Below are positions 49,384 through 61,319 of a DNA stretch of 64,000 nt, in pieces. Under the pieces are notes generated by a model. That model was not told the origin of the DNA and searched no databases. It saw only the letters and a program-made list of their open reading frames with translations. Source of the DNA: an uncultured Desulfobacter sp. (lineage in GTDB: Bacteria > Desulfobacterota > Desulfobacteria > Desulfobacterales > Desulfobacteraceae); contig OY762069.1 in assembly GCA_963665095.1 (NCBI GenBank), positions 3,040,001 to 3,104,000 of the forward strand. Direction: 5' to 3'. The translations under genes were made by a program, and so were the position numbers. Position 1 is the stretch's first letter, and the number at the start of each line of letters is the position of its first letter.

Positions 49384-50373
49384 ATGCCTCAGGAAACGCT
49401 TCTAATCATAGATGATGAAGTCTCCATTCTGGAGAGTCTTTCCATCCTGTTTGAGGATAAGGGTTACAGGGTTTTCACCGCCGAAAACGGCAATATCGGC
49501 ATTGATCTGTTTTTCCGGGAACATATAGATGTGGTAATCACAGATTTAAAAATGCCGGTCATGGACGGCCTTGAAGTTATGCGCACCATTCAACGGGCAG
49601 CCCCGGATATACCGATGATCGTGGTCTCCGGAGCCGGTAAAAAGCAGGATATCATTCAGGCCCTTCAAATGGGGGCAAAGGACTATATTTCCAAGCCGAT
49701 CACCGACCTTGATATGATCCTGCATGTGGTGGAAAAAGTTTTTGAAAACAGACGGCTGATGCGTGAGAACCAGGCCTACAGAGAACGGCTGGAAAAAAGC
49801 GAAGAACAGTACAGAACCATTACCGAACAAATTGCTGAAGGCGTCTTCACGGTGGATGCCAAAGAGGATATCACCTTTGCCAATCCCGCCTTCTGCAGGA
49901 TGGTGGGATATCCTAAAGACCACCTTTTAACAATGAACCTCGAGCAGATTACTACCCGTGACAGCTTTGCCGCCATCCTCAAGGAGACCCAGGCCAGAGG
50001 AAAAGGGCTGACAAGCAGGTATGAAACCCAACTGGTTCACCAGGACGGTCACATCGTACATGCAGAGTTTGCCTGCAGTCCACCTGCCAGGCCATGGAGG
50101 GACAACAGATACGCCGGTGCCATTATCGTGGCCCGGGATATTTCCCAGCGGGTCAAACTGCAGCGTAAATATGAGCAGTTCGTCAATCAGGCCCCTGCCG
50201 AGCACACTATTGCCATCTGTGCGAACTGTAAGAAAATCAGGGGAGAGGACCACACCTGGCGGGATGTTGAAAGCGCGTTTAACCACCTTATTTTCTCCCA
50301 TGGAATCTGCCCCCAGTGCTGCGAAAAACTCTACCCGGGCATCTGTTTTGAAGATGACGATGACTACCATTGA
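49384..50373 (+). CDS. Response regulator with PAS domain and C-terminal Cys4 motif
   Basis: Receiver (IDDE, DLKMP, KP), PAS (N.AFC.M.GY), CANCKKIR...FSHGICPQC. Confidence 0.85.
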   Translation: MPQETLLIIDDEVSILESLSILFEDKGYRVFTAENGNIGIDLFFREHIDVVITDLKMPVMDGLEVMRTIQRAAPDIPMIVVSGAGKKQDIIQALQMGAKDYISKPITDLDMILHVVEKVFENRRLMRENQAYRERLEKSEEQYRTITEQIAEGVFTVDAKEDITFANPAFCRMVGYPKDHLLTMNLEQITTRDSFAAILKETQARGKGLTSRYETQLVHQDGHIVHAEFACSPPARPWRDNRYAGAIIVARDISQRVKLQRKYEQFVNQAPAEHTIAICANCKKIRGEDHTWRDVESAFNHLIFSHGICPQCCEKLYPGICFEDDDDYH

Positions 50374-50404
50374 ACCCGATTGCGACCTACGTTTCGTCCA
50401 AACA

Positions 50405-51241
50405 CTACTTTATCAGTCCTGCTATCTTTGCCGCCATGGTCACACCACAGGCATTGTTGGACCCGGCACAGGCAAATCTTTTTTTAAGCACATCCGGGCT
50501 GTTTTCCATTAAAAGCCCAAGGCCAGCCCACTCCAGCAGATCTTCATCATTGTAATCATTGCCTACAGCCACACATTTTTCAAAGGAACCCCCCAATTGG
50601 CGGGCCAGCCAGGCAGCAGATCCGCTTTTGGACACCTGGCCGGCAAACACTTCAATCCAGCAGGATCGGTGATCCAGTGGTGAGGTGGCAGGTATCACAG
50701 AGAACTCCCGCAGTTCCTCTCGAAGTGCATCAACCTGTTCAAAATTGAGCCCCCGGGGCACAATGGCCAACACCTCCGTAGCGCTTTCATACACCATGCC
50801 TGCCTGTCCAAGGGGGGTTCCGAACCCGGAATACATCTCCATGCGATGGGAAAAATCAGCATTATCACCTGAGGTAAATTTATATAGAAAATAAGATGTT
50901 TCAGGGACAGCTTTGTGGATCATATAATCAAATCCATGTTTGTCAAAACAGACAATAATCTGTTTGATCCCCTCCCTGGGGATGGCCTGGGAACGTATCA
51001 GTTTGTTCCCGGGCCAGGACAGGATACCGGCACCCGTTGAAAAAATCAGATAATCCAGGGGAAGGTCTGAAGGCTCAAGGCCCATGGTTTCAAGTGCCCG
51101 GTTAAAGGAATAGAGACTGCGACCTGTGGCTATCACCGTGGTTATGCCGGCTGCTTTCAGTTGTGCAAGGGTCTTAAGATCCCGGTCGCCTATCTCTTTG
51201 TCATCTGTGAGGAGGGTCCCGTCAAAATCCGTTATAAACAT
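50405..51241 (-). CDS. Cof-type HAD hydrolase
   Basis: DFDGTLL, IATGR, VSK, VGNDYND. Confidence 0.9.
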   Translation of the reverse strand: MFITDFDGTLLTDDKEIGDRDLKTLAQLKAAGITTVIATGRSLYSFNRALETMGLEPSDLPLDYLIFSTGAGILSWPGNKLIRSQAIPREGIKQIIVCFDKHGFDYMIHKAVPETSYFLYKFTSGDNADFSHRMEMYSGFGTPLGQAGMVYESATEVLAIVPRGLNFEQVDALREELREFSVIPATSPLDHRSCWIEVFAGQVSKSGSAAWLARQLGGSFEKCVAVGNDYNDEDLLEWAGLGLLMENSPDVLKKRFACAGSNNACGVTMAAKIAGLIK

Positions 51242-51264
51242 GAATGAGAACCACCTGCCCTAGT

Positions 51265-51648
51265 TCAGGCATTGCCCTGCCCGCCCAGAATCCGTGCCAC
51301 GATATCAGCCAGGTCTTCCATATTATATGGTTTTATCATCACCTTTTGAATCCCGTTGCCAACGTTTATCTCCTCCAGGAGACGGGTTCCTGAACACAAA
51401 ATGGCCGGCAGGCCGGGTCTTACAGCATGAATCTGCTCAACCAGCTCAATGCCGTTCATATCAGGCATGGTATAATCGACAATGGCCAGGGCATACCGGC
51501 CCGAGTCATTCTTAACCAGCTCCAGGGCCTCTTTGGGATGGGTGGCCACATCCACCCGGTGCCCGAAATCCTCAAGCATCTCCCTGCCGATTTCAGTCAG
51601 AAACGCCTCATCATCCACAAACAGGACAACGCCGTTGTTCTGGCTCAT
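51265..51648 (-). CDS. Single-domain response regulator
   Basis: VDDE, DYTMPDMNG, KP. Confidence 0.9.
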   Translation of the reverse strand: MSQNNGVVLFVDDEAFLTEIGREMLEDFGHRVDVATHPKEALELVKNDSGRYALAIVDYTMPDMNGIELVEQIHAVRPGLPAILCSGTRLLEEINVGNGIQKVMIKPYNMEDLADIVARILGGQGNA

Positions 51649-51682
51649 AACTTCCCCCCTTTAATTGCCCATTGAGGAGTGG

Positions 51683-53170
51683 TTACTTCTTTTTTTCCAG
51701 CGCTTTCCGCAGAATACTCTCCATGGAGCCAAAAGAAGAACCGCCTTTGTTTTTGGATGATTTTGCAAACTGTTTCCAGTTGTCCGGCTCTTTCTGATCC
51801 GGTGGCGCCAGGGTCATGCGCCGTTTATCCTCATCCACCTCCTGGATCATGACCGGCACAGACTCTCCGGGCTTAAGCGATTCAAGACGACCACTGTCTG
51901 TGGACTGACGCAGGTTGGACATGGGCATAAGCCCGGTAACTCCCGGTTCCAGGCGGATAAACAGACCGAATCCTTCTTTTTTCTCCAGGGTCCCTTCCAC
52001 CACACTGCCCACGGGATATTTAGCTGTGGCCCCGGTCCAGGGGTCTCCGGCCGCATCCTTTATACTAAGAGAAATTCGTTTGCTGTCCATATCAATGGCC
52101 TTGATCACCACCTGGACAGTATCGCCTTCACTGACCTCGTCCTCGGGTCGCAGCACCCGGCGTACATGGCTCATTTCAGAAACATGGACCAGCCCGTCAA
52201 TTCCCGGAGCAATCTCCACGAAGGCGCCAAAGGACGCCAGTCGCACCACCTTGCCGGTGACCTGGTCTCCCGTTGAAAAGGCTGTCCCCATATTATCCCA
52301 GGGATTACCCGAAGTCTGTTTAATGGAAAGGGATATCTTCGGGGAATCAGACTCAGGCTTTTCAATCTTTAAGATCTTCACCGCCATGATATCATCTACC
52401 CGGAGCACTTCTTCAGCCTTTTCCACCCGGGACCAGCTCAATTCGGAGATATGAGCCATGCCCTCCACCCCGGGAGCAAGCTCCATAAAGGCGCCGTAGG
52501 ACATCAGCTTGGTCACCTTGGCCTGAACGACATCACCCTGGGAGACGGAGGCCATAAACGCTTTTCGCTCTTCCCGGATCTGTTCATTCAGAAGCTCCCG
52601 ACGGGAGATGACAATATTTTTCCCGCTCTCCTCAAACCGGGTAATGATGAAGTGATGACTCTGGCCCACGTAATCCTCAGGCGTCTCCACATACTTTACA
52701 TCCATCTGGCTCACCGGGCAGAAGGCTCGTTTACCTAAAAGATCCACGGAAAATCCGCCTTTGATCACCCCGGTCACCCGGCCTTCCACCGGAGTTCTCC
52801 CGCGAAAGGCATCCTCAATCATGGCGGCCATACCGGCCCCGGACACGGCCTTGGACAGGATAATTTCACTCTCGTTCAAAGAAACCACATATAGTTTAAG
52901 GGTATCACCCAGTGAATAGAGGAACTCCCCATTATCATCCAGAAGCTGGATTTTTTCCACAACACCGTCGGACTTTGTGCCCGTGTCAATATATACCGAA
53001 TTCTCTCCGATGGAGATAATCTGCCCCTCCACCATATCCCCGGGTTTGAAATCCCGGCTGGTTTTAGAATCATAGGCATCAAGCATCTGCTCAAAGCTCA
53101 TTTCATCGGTGTTCTGGTCGATATTCGGATCGACGTCCCGGGTATTGTTTTCCTCAAACCTGTCGTTCAT
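51683..53170 (-). CDS. rpsA: 30S ribosomal protein S1-family protein (about 5 S1 domains)
   Basis: Repeated YGAF/FGAF..G..HISE S1 motifs. Confidence 0.85.
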   Translation of the reverse strand: MNDRFEENNTRDVDPNIDQNTDEMSFEQMLDAYDSKTSRDFKPGDMVEGQIISIGENSVYIDTGTKSDGVVEKIQLLDDNGEFLYSLGDTLKLYVVSLNESEIILSKAVSGAGMAAMIEDAFRGRTPVEGRVTGVIKGGFSVDLLGKRAFCPVSQMDVKYVETPEDYVGQSHHFIITRFEESGKNIVISRRELLNEQIREERKAFMASVSQGDVVQAKVTKLMSYGAFMELAPGVEGMAHISELSWSRVEKAEEVLRVDDIMAVKILKIEKPESDSPKISLSIKQTSGNPWDNMGTAFSTGDQVTGKVVRLASFGAFVEIAPGIDGLVHVSEMSHVRRVLRPEDEVSEGDTVQVVIKAIDMDSKRISLSIKDAAGDPWTGATAKYPVGSVVEGTLEKKEGFGLFIRLEPGVTGLMPMSNLRQSTDSGRLESLKPGESVPVMIQEVDEDKRRMTLAPPDQKEPDNWKQFAKSSKNKGGSSFGSMESILRKALEKKK

Positions 53171-53340
53171 GTTTTTCTCCCGGCCTGTTCCAAAAGGCCG
53201 TTTTAATTAATGGATTGCGCCCAAAGGGCATGCCCTGTTTTTAGTTTCCATCTGTTAAAACTTTACTGTCTACTATACGTTCCGGATGCCCGTGTAAACC
53301 CCTGGCCGGCATTTTACAAAATTTTTCCCGTTCCGCCAAA

Positions 53341-55161
53341 TCACACAGACAGCGCATCAAGCAGATCCCGGGCCATTTTCAGGGTGATCCCGGGCAGGGC
53401 TGACAACGTTTCCGGTGTCTGGCCACGGATATTATCCACCCCTTTGAATGTGGTTAAAAGCAGTTTCTTTTTCTTCGGTCCGATACCGGGAATGCCGTCC
53501 AGGGCAGACAGCTTTGAGCGTTTTTCCCTGCGGCTGCGCTGGAAAGTGATGGCAGACCGGTGGGCCTCATCCCTGATTTGTTCAAGCAGAAACAAGGCCT
53601 TGGCCGACTGGGACGTATTCAGAGGATTGGACCGCCCGGGCAGATAGACCTTGTCTGCTTTCTCCCCTTTGTCTGCATCTTTTTTGGCCAGGCCCGCCAG
53701 GGTGAACCGGCCGTCAAGCCCCAGCTCTTTCACCACATTCACAGCCATGGACAACTGTCCCCTGCCGCCGTCCACCACCAGAAGATCAGGCAGGGGCATA
53801 TTTTCCCGGTCATGTTGAAATCTTCGGGAAAGCACATGGGTCATGTAGGCATAGTCATCCTGGTGCTCAATATCCTTTATAATAAACTTTCGATAGGCGC
53901 TTTTATCCGGCCGGCCGTCTGTAAACACCACCATGGCAGCCACAGGGTCCTTGCCCTGAAGATTGGAGTTATCAAAACACTCCATACGCTCCGGCGGCCG
54001 GTCCATACCTAAAAGATGCTGAAGCATTAACAGCCCGGCCCGGGCCTCTTCCTCCCGAAGTAAAATTTTATCAAGTTCGCCCCGGGCATTGAGCCGGGCC
54101 ATTTCAGCAAGCCGCCGCTTTTCTCCGCGCACGGGATAGTGAAACCGCACCCGGTGCCCTGCCATTTCATTCAGCGCCGCTTCCGAGCGTGCCATGTCCT
54201 CAGACGGCTGGCTGAGCAGCACTGAGCCGGGAATCTGGGCTGCCTTTTCATAATACTGCACCACAAAGGCGGCCAGCACCTCCTCAGCATCCTTGAAACC
54301 CAGTTCCAGAGGATAGTAGGCTGTATTAATCAGATAGCCTGAACGCACCTGCATCACGGTGACAACGGCCCGGTCCCGCTCACAGGCCAGGCCCACCACG
54401 TCCCGGTCCTGCCCGTCCGGACAGACCACCACCTGGCGCTCCATGATCCGCTCCACAGCAAAAATGGTGTCCCGCACCTGGGCCGCCTTTTCAAAGGCCT
54501 GGCTTCCGGCATACTCCGCCATTTCCTTTCGCAGTTTTTTCACCACCTCCCCGGTGCGGCCCCGCAGAAACAGCACTGCAGCCCTGACCCTGGACAGATA
54601 TTCCTCCGGATCCACCTCATTGCAGCAAAGGCCCAGGCACGCCTTGATCTGAAAGTTAAGGCAGGGTCGGGACCGGGTTTTAAACTGGGTATCCGTACAT
54701 TTCCTGAGTTTAAAAATTTTCTGGATCTGTTTCAGGGCCTGATTCACACTTTTGGAGGAGGAGTAAGGCCCGAAATAGAGGGCATGATCCTTTTCAATAC
54801 GCCGCACCCGCCGGATGGAGGGATAGGTTTCATTCATGTCAATACGCAGCAGCGGGTAGTTTTTACCATCCTTGAGCAGGACATTGTACTTGGGGGCATG
54901 CTCCTTGATGAGATTGGACTCCAGGATAAAGGCCTCCTGGTCCGACTGGGTTACCACCAGGTCAAAATCAGCTACTAAAGCCAGAAGTGCCGCTGTTTTG
55001 AGCTCGGGCTGGTCCTTTTTCACAAAATAGGAGGAGAGCCTTTTCTTCAGGTCCTTGGCCTTGCCCACATAAAGGATCTTTCCCTTTTTGTCCTTCATCA
55101 GATACACACCGGGATTATGGGGTGCCTGATCGTACTTTTCCTTAATTTTTGCGGTGAACAT
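53341..55161 (-). CDS. uvrC: Excinuclease ABC subunit C
   Basis: GIY-YIG (PGVY..YVGKAK), ECFDNS, VDGG.GQ, RDEAHR, HhH. Confidence 0.97.
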   Translation of the reverse strand: MFTAKIKEKYDQAPHNPGVYLMKDKKGKILYVGKAKDLKKRLSSYFVKKDQPELKTAALLALVADFDLVVTQSDQEAFILESNLIKEHAPKYNVLLKDGKNYPLLRIDMNETYPSIRRVRRIEKDHALYFGPYSSSKSVNQALKQIQKIFKLRKCTDTQFKTRSRPCLNFQIKACLGLCCNEVDPEEYLSRVRAAVLFLRGRTGEVVKKLRKEMAEYAGSQAFEKAAQVRDTIFAVERIMERQVVVCPDGQDRDVVGLACERDRAVVTVMQVRSGYLINTAYYPLELGFKDAEEVLAAFVVQYYEKAAQIPGSVLLSQPSEDMARSEAALNEMAGHRVRFHYPVRGEKRRLAEMARLNARGELDKILLREEEARAGLLMLQHLLGMDRPPERMECFDNSNLQGKDPVAAMVVFTDGRPDKSAYRKFIIKDIEHQDDYAYMTHVLSRRFQHDRENMPLPDLLVVDGGRGQLSMAVNVVKELGLDGRFTLAGLAKKDADKGEKADKVYLPGRSNPLNTSQSAKALFLLEQIRDEAHRSAITFQRSRREKRSKLSALDGIPGIGPKKKKLLLTTFKGVDNIRGQTPETLSALPGITLKMARDLLDALSV

Positions 55162-55166
55162 TTCGA

Positions 55167-57167
<2,001 letters not shown>

Positions 57168-57329
57168 ATCTTTTCCTGTACATTATCGATTTTTCGCTTA
57201 TCATTTAACTTAAATCTGTCCGGCACCATAATCAAGGCTGATCAGAAAATTTGAAACCCTTAGGAAAACGTGCAGCTGTTTTCAATGCAGCCCTTTTATA
57301 TCACCATTACACCAGGAGAGCCAAATTTC

Positions 57330-57707
57330 ATGGAACAAAAAAAAGAGACCGTGGCCGTGGTGGGCGCAAGTCCGTTGAAAGACAGATACAGCAACAAGGC
57401 AATGGTCATGCTGGAGGAATATGGGCACACCCCCGTTCCTGTGGCCCCGAAACATGAAACCATTGAAGGCAGATCTGTATTCCATGACCTGACCGATATT
57501 TCCGAACCTGTGGATACCGTGACCATGTACCTTGGCCCTGCCCGCCAGGATAAAGTGATTGATCAGGTGCTTGCGCTCAAACCCCAACGGGTAATTTTCA
57601 ACCCTGGCACTGAAAACCCGGCTGCCTATGAAAAGCTGAAAACAGCAGGTATTGCCATCCAGGAAGCCTGCACCCTGGTACTGCTGAAAACAGGCCAATA
57701 CATATAA
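57330..57707 (+). CDS. CoA-binding protein (YccU-like)
   Basis: VAVVGAS...RYS..A, DTVTMY, VIFNPG, ACTLV. Confidence 0.88.
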   Translation: MEQKKETVAVVGASPLKDRYSNKAMVMLEEYGHTPVPVAPKHETIEGRSVFHDLTDISEPVDTVTMYLGPARQDKVIDQVLALKPQRVIFNPGTENPAAYEKLKTAGIAIQEACTLVLLKTGQYI

Positions 57708-57837
57708 AATCCGACATCAAACTATAATATTCAGCAAGCCCCCGGAGCAGATATCCTGGGTGGATTTTTACTGCGATTCTGATACAATTGCGCCTTAATT
57801 ATTCAATCATAATTTTTTAAATTAATGGGACTTCCAC

Positions 57838-58704
57838 ATGGACGCTTATTCAGATATTGTTAAAAAAGTGCTGACCCAGGGCCGGGTAAAGGAGAACCGC
57901 ACCGGCGTCAACACCATTGCCATTCCCGGCGCCATGTTTGAGCACGACATGGCCGAAGGGTTTCCCCTGCTGACCACCAAATTCGTACCCTTTGCCCTTG
58001 TGGCCAGTGAGCTGGAATTTTTCATCAAAGGCATCACAGATAAAACCTGGCTCCAGGAACGGAACAACCATATCTGGGACGAGTGGTGCTCCCCTGCCAA
58101 AGTGCCTTACGGCCATGATGAAGAGACCCAGAAAAGAATGATGGAGCAAAGGGAACTCGGCCCCATTTACGGATTCCAGTGGCGCCATTTCGGTGCTTCA
58201 TACAAGGCCTGGGATACCCCCCCGTCACCATCAGGCGTAGACCAGCTTTCCACCCTGGTAAAAACCCTGAAAACCCGTCCGGATGACCGGCGGATGATTG
58301 TCTCTGCCTGGAATCCCATGGATCTTGACAAGATGGCCCTGCCGCCCTGCCACTACGGTTTTCAGGTGACAGTCATTGACGACCGCCTGAATCTTTTATG
58401 GAACCAGAGGTCTGTGGACACCGCTTTAGGCCTTCCTTTCAACATTGCAAGCTACGGGCTGCTCTTGTGCCTGCTGGCCCTTGAATCCGGATTCAAACCG
58501 GGCAAACTGGTGGGATTTTTAGGAGATACCCATATTTATGAAAACCATGTGGCAGGACTTAAAACCCAGCTGGAAAGAGCGCCCTTCCCTTTGCCGGCCA
58601 TAGAAACAGAGGCTTTTACCTCCATATTTGACTGGCAGTACCAGGACACAAAGCTGAACCAGTACCGGCACCACCCGGCAATCCGGTTTGACATTGCCGT
58701 TTAA
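57838..58704 (+). CDS. thyA: Thymidylate synthase ThyA
   Basis: NRTG, FPLLTTK, IWDEW, GPIYGFQW, MALPPCH, QRSVD..LG.PFN, DTHIY. Confidence 0.97.
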   Translation: MDAYSDIVKKVLTQGRVKENRTGVNTIAIPGAMFEHDMAEGFPLLTTKFVPFALVASELEFFIKGITDKTWLQERNNHIWDEWCSPAKVPYGHDEETQKRMMEQRELGPIYGFQWRHFGASYKAWDTPPSPSGVDQLSTLVKTLKTRPDDRRMIVSAWNPMDLDKMALPPCHYGFQVTVIDDRLNLLWNQRSVDTALGLPFNIASYGLLLCLLALESGFKPGKLVGFLGDTHIYENHVAGLKTQLERAPFPLPAIETEAFTSIFDWQYQDTKLNQYRHHPAIRFDIAV

Positions 58705-58847
58705 CCGCTGCGAATTTCTCACAGCATGTCAAAATTGAGACAAGAGGTCTTCTGTCATGATCATCCCCGGTTTGTTAAGGGCCATATCCAGTCTCTGCTC
58801 CAGTCTCTGGCAGGCAGGCCCCTGAGAGTCCGTCCGGCAAATACCAT

Positions 58848-60050
58848 TCAGGCCATGTCCGGCTCAATCCCCCGGATGAACTCACGCACAAATGAATACG
58901 AGATACGCTCCTGCTCCAGCCTCAGATTCTGAGCGTATTTATTCCGACAAAGGGCATCATAGACCTTTGCCTCATCAGCTGTTAACATTGACAGGTCCCG
59001 GCTCGCGGGTGAGGGCTCTCTCCCCCAGAATACCTTATGGGCCAGGAGCGTGGCCTCGTCCATAAGAAAGGAACGGACCCCGGGGAAGTAATGACGGATC
59101 CGGTCCAGCATGGCAAATCCATGGGTGTCCAGATCCCCCCAGTACCAGACCACCGGTAGAGACTTGATCCAGGGCACATGGGCAAGAACAGAGAGTCCGT
59201 ATCCAAGGCCAATGATCACCACTGCCTTTGGAAAAGGGGGAAAAGCAAGCCCGGTGATTTCGTTCTCCACCACAAAAACAGTATCTGGTTTAAAATTCAG
59301 ATCCCGGAACTGGTCTTCAGGCACCTCCAGGTCGGTCAGGCCCGTGATGGCAAGGGCGGGATCCAAAATTCGGAAACGAATCCGGGCTGGCTTGGGGCTG
59401 AACCCAAAGCGATATTCAAATGCATTTTTTCCCCTGGCATCCTCATTGACGGCATCCGGTGGCAGCACTGCAGTCAACAGCCGGGTTAAGATATCCCTGT
59501 GAGTCTCCATGAATTTGGTGTCTACCCCCGGGATCTCCAGCTGTCGAAGATAAATTCCGGGCATCGGGTGGGCTTTAACCCAGGAGACAACCGCCAGAAG
59601 TTTCTCCCATTCCGGTCCGTGGGCAAGGACCAGCATGGGCCGTTTCAGCAAGGGGGCTTTAAGTTCCGGAAACCGCCCTGTAATCTTATGAAAGGATGTT
59701 TGAAACTGCTTTGCTTCCGCTTTTTTCCCAAGATAGGAAATCACATCCTCCAGGGTATTGAAAACCACAGCTTTGGGAATTCTATTTTTCCCCAGAACCC
59801 GGTGATTCATTTCCTGCCACTCAATGGTGAATCCCGGTTTATCTTCCCCGGCACCATGGCGGACCAGGTTGGCCACCCACTCCCGGGCCGCATCAAACAT
59901 AGAACTAAGTTCTCCGGCATTGGGCCGCTTCAGTGGTATACGAACCGGATCAAAGGGGCCGGAGTCAACTGTCCTGGCAAGGAACTCTCCTTTGTCCCAC
60001 TTTTTTTCAAGCTTCTGCTGAATATCTTTGTGACGGGTCCAGGGTTTCAT
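58848..60050 (-). CDS. jetD: Wadjet nuclease JetD (DUF3322 plus DUF2220 Toprim)
   Basis: YLRQL..PGVDTKF.E, VVENEI, G.GY, WYWGDLDTHGF.ML, RLEQERI. Confidence 0.88.
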   Translation of the reverse strand: MKPWTRHKDIQQKLEKKWDKGEFLARTVDSGPFDPVRIPLKRPNAGELSSMFDAAREWVANLVRHGAGEDKPGFTIEWQEMNHRVLGKNRIPKAVVFNTLEDVISYLGKKAEAKQFQTSFHKITGRFPELKAPLLKRPMLVLAHGPEWEKLLAVVSWVKAHPMPGIYLRQLEIPGVDTKFMETHRDILTRLLTAVLPPDAVNEDARGKNAFEYRFGFSPKPARIRFRILDPALAITGLTDLEVPEDQFRDLNFKPDTVFVVENEITGLAFPPFPKAVVIIGLGYGLSVLAHVPWIKSLPVVWYWGDLDTHGFAMLDRIRHYFPGVRSFLMDEATLLAHKVFWGREPSPASRDLSMLTADEAKVYDALCRNKYAQNLRLEQERISYSFVREFIRGIEPDMA

Positions 60051-60124
60051 GAATTTTTTGTTATTGCCTCTATTCCTGCTTATTCATCTGGGGCAGCCCT
60101 ACCTTCTGTCCGGACTGCAGGCCA

Positions 60125-60185
60125 GACAGGCCTGCACTTGACATAGCGTTCAATGATGTGTTTTTTTACGGCAGCGTAACGAAAC
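60125..60185 (-). pseudogene. Degenerate fragment resembling the JetC C-terminus
   Basis: Minus strand reads VTLP*KK/HIIERYVK, similar to the JetC C-terminal VTPLQKIHxIExYV as I recall it; lies where jetC normally precedes jetD. Confidence 0.45.
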
Positions 60186-60243
60186 TCACATACCTGTGGA
60201 GTACCGCATCGGCTGATCCGGACACCCGGGCGGAGATGCCGCT

Positions 60244-60897
60244 TTATTCACTCATTTTTTTCTGCCCATAGGTCTTGAACTTTTCAAGCACGGTTTCCAT
60301 CTCCTGGTCCGGCAGGATGACAGGATTTCCAATACTCTTGGTCTGATAATATATCCGCGCGACAAATTCGATCTCTTCGGCAGCCGCAAAGGCCGCATCC
60401 ATGTTTCGGCCAACAGTCACAAGCCCGTGGTTGGCAAGCAGCAGGGCGTTGTACTCTCCGATGTGTTCAGCCACAATGTCAGCCAGTTCCGGCGTACCAA
60501 ACGTGGCGTAGGGCGCCAGGGGTACTTTTTTCCCTGAAAAGCCCACAAGATAGTGAACGGCCGGTATCTCCCACCCCAGGCAGGCCATGGTGGTCGCATA
60601 GGGGGAGTGGGTGTGGACAACCGCCTGCACATCCTTGCGCTGCCGGTAAATAGCCAGATGAAACCCAAGCTCACTGGAGGGCCGGCACGAGCCATCCATA
60701 ATGTTTCCATCCATATCGGTGAGGACAACATCCCGGGGCTGCAATGCCGAGTACTCAATCCCGCTCGGGCTGACAGCCACTTTTCCCAGATTTCGGTCAA
60801 TGACGCTCAGATTCCCCCCGGTACCTGTAGTCAGACCGGATTCCACCATTTTAAGCCCAAAGCGCACAACAGTTTCTCTTTCATTTCCCAACTCCAT
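60244..60897 (-). CDS. fucA: Class II aldolase (L-fuculose-1-phosphate aldolase-like)
   Basis: GTGGNLS, SPSG, PSSE..FH, HTHS, LLANHG; GGAGG RBS before ATG 60897. Confidence 0.8.
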   Translation of the reverse strand: MELGNERETVVRFGLKMVESGLTTGTGGNLSVIDRNLGKVAVSPSGIEYSALQPRDVVLTDMDGNIMDGSCRPSSELGFHLAIYRQRKDVQAVVHTHSPYATTMACLGWEIPAVHYLVGFSGKKVPLAPYATFGTPELADIVAEHIGEYNALLLANHGLVTVGRNMDAAFAAAEEIEFVARIYYQTKSIGNPVILPDQEMETVLEKFKTYGQKKMSE

Positions 60898-61319
60898 AAC
60901 CACCTCCATAAAAACGGGATTCTGTCCTTTTATATCGATATAATGGACATCATTTTGAGTCAAGCCAATACCCGGATAAAACAGGGTCTCCGCATTTATA
61001 ATCCGGCACGATTTTGGGGTACCGTTTGTAAATTCAATAAAGTATATGCCTTCTTTGACGGGATAGAGGCGGAGCACAAGATGTTGTGCCCGGTACAGCT
61101 TTTTGAAAAGCGAGCTTTTATAGACTTCTGTCGCTCATTACCTAAATCAAAAATCCGAAAAACCGAGTAGTACCAGGGCGTTTAATATTAATAATAGTCT
61201 GGGGGGTAAATTTTATTCTGAGAACATGTCGATATTGATATAGTCTTCGGTGAAAATTTAAAATTCACTCTATACGATGCTGTTTTTGAAAAAAACTGAG
61301 CGAGCATAGATACCGTAAA

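Noticed and set aside
60898..61077. 60-codon N-terminal extension of the aldolase ORF
   Set aside because: A strong GGAGG RBS before ATG 60897 and the family N-terminus favour the shorter start
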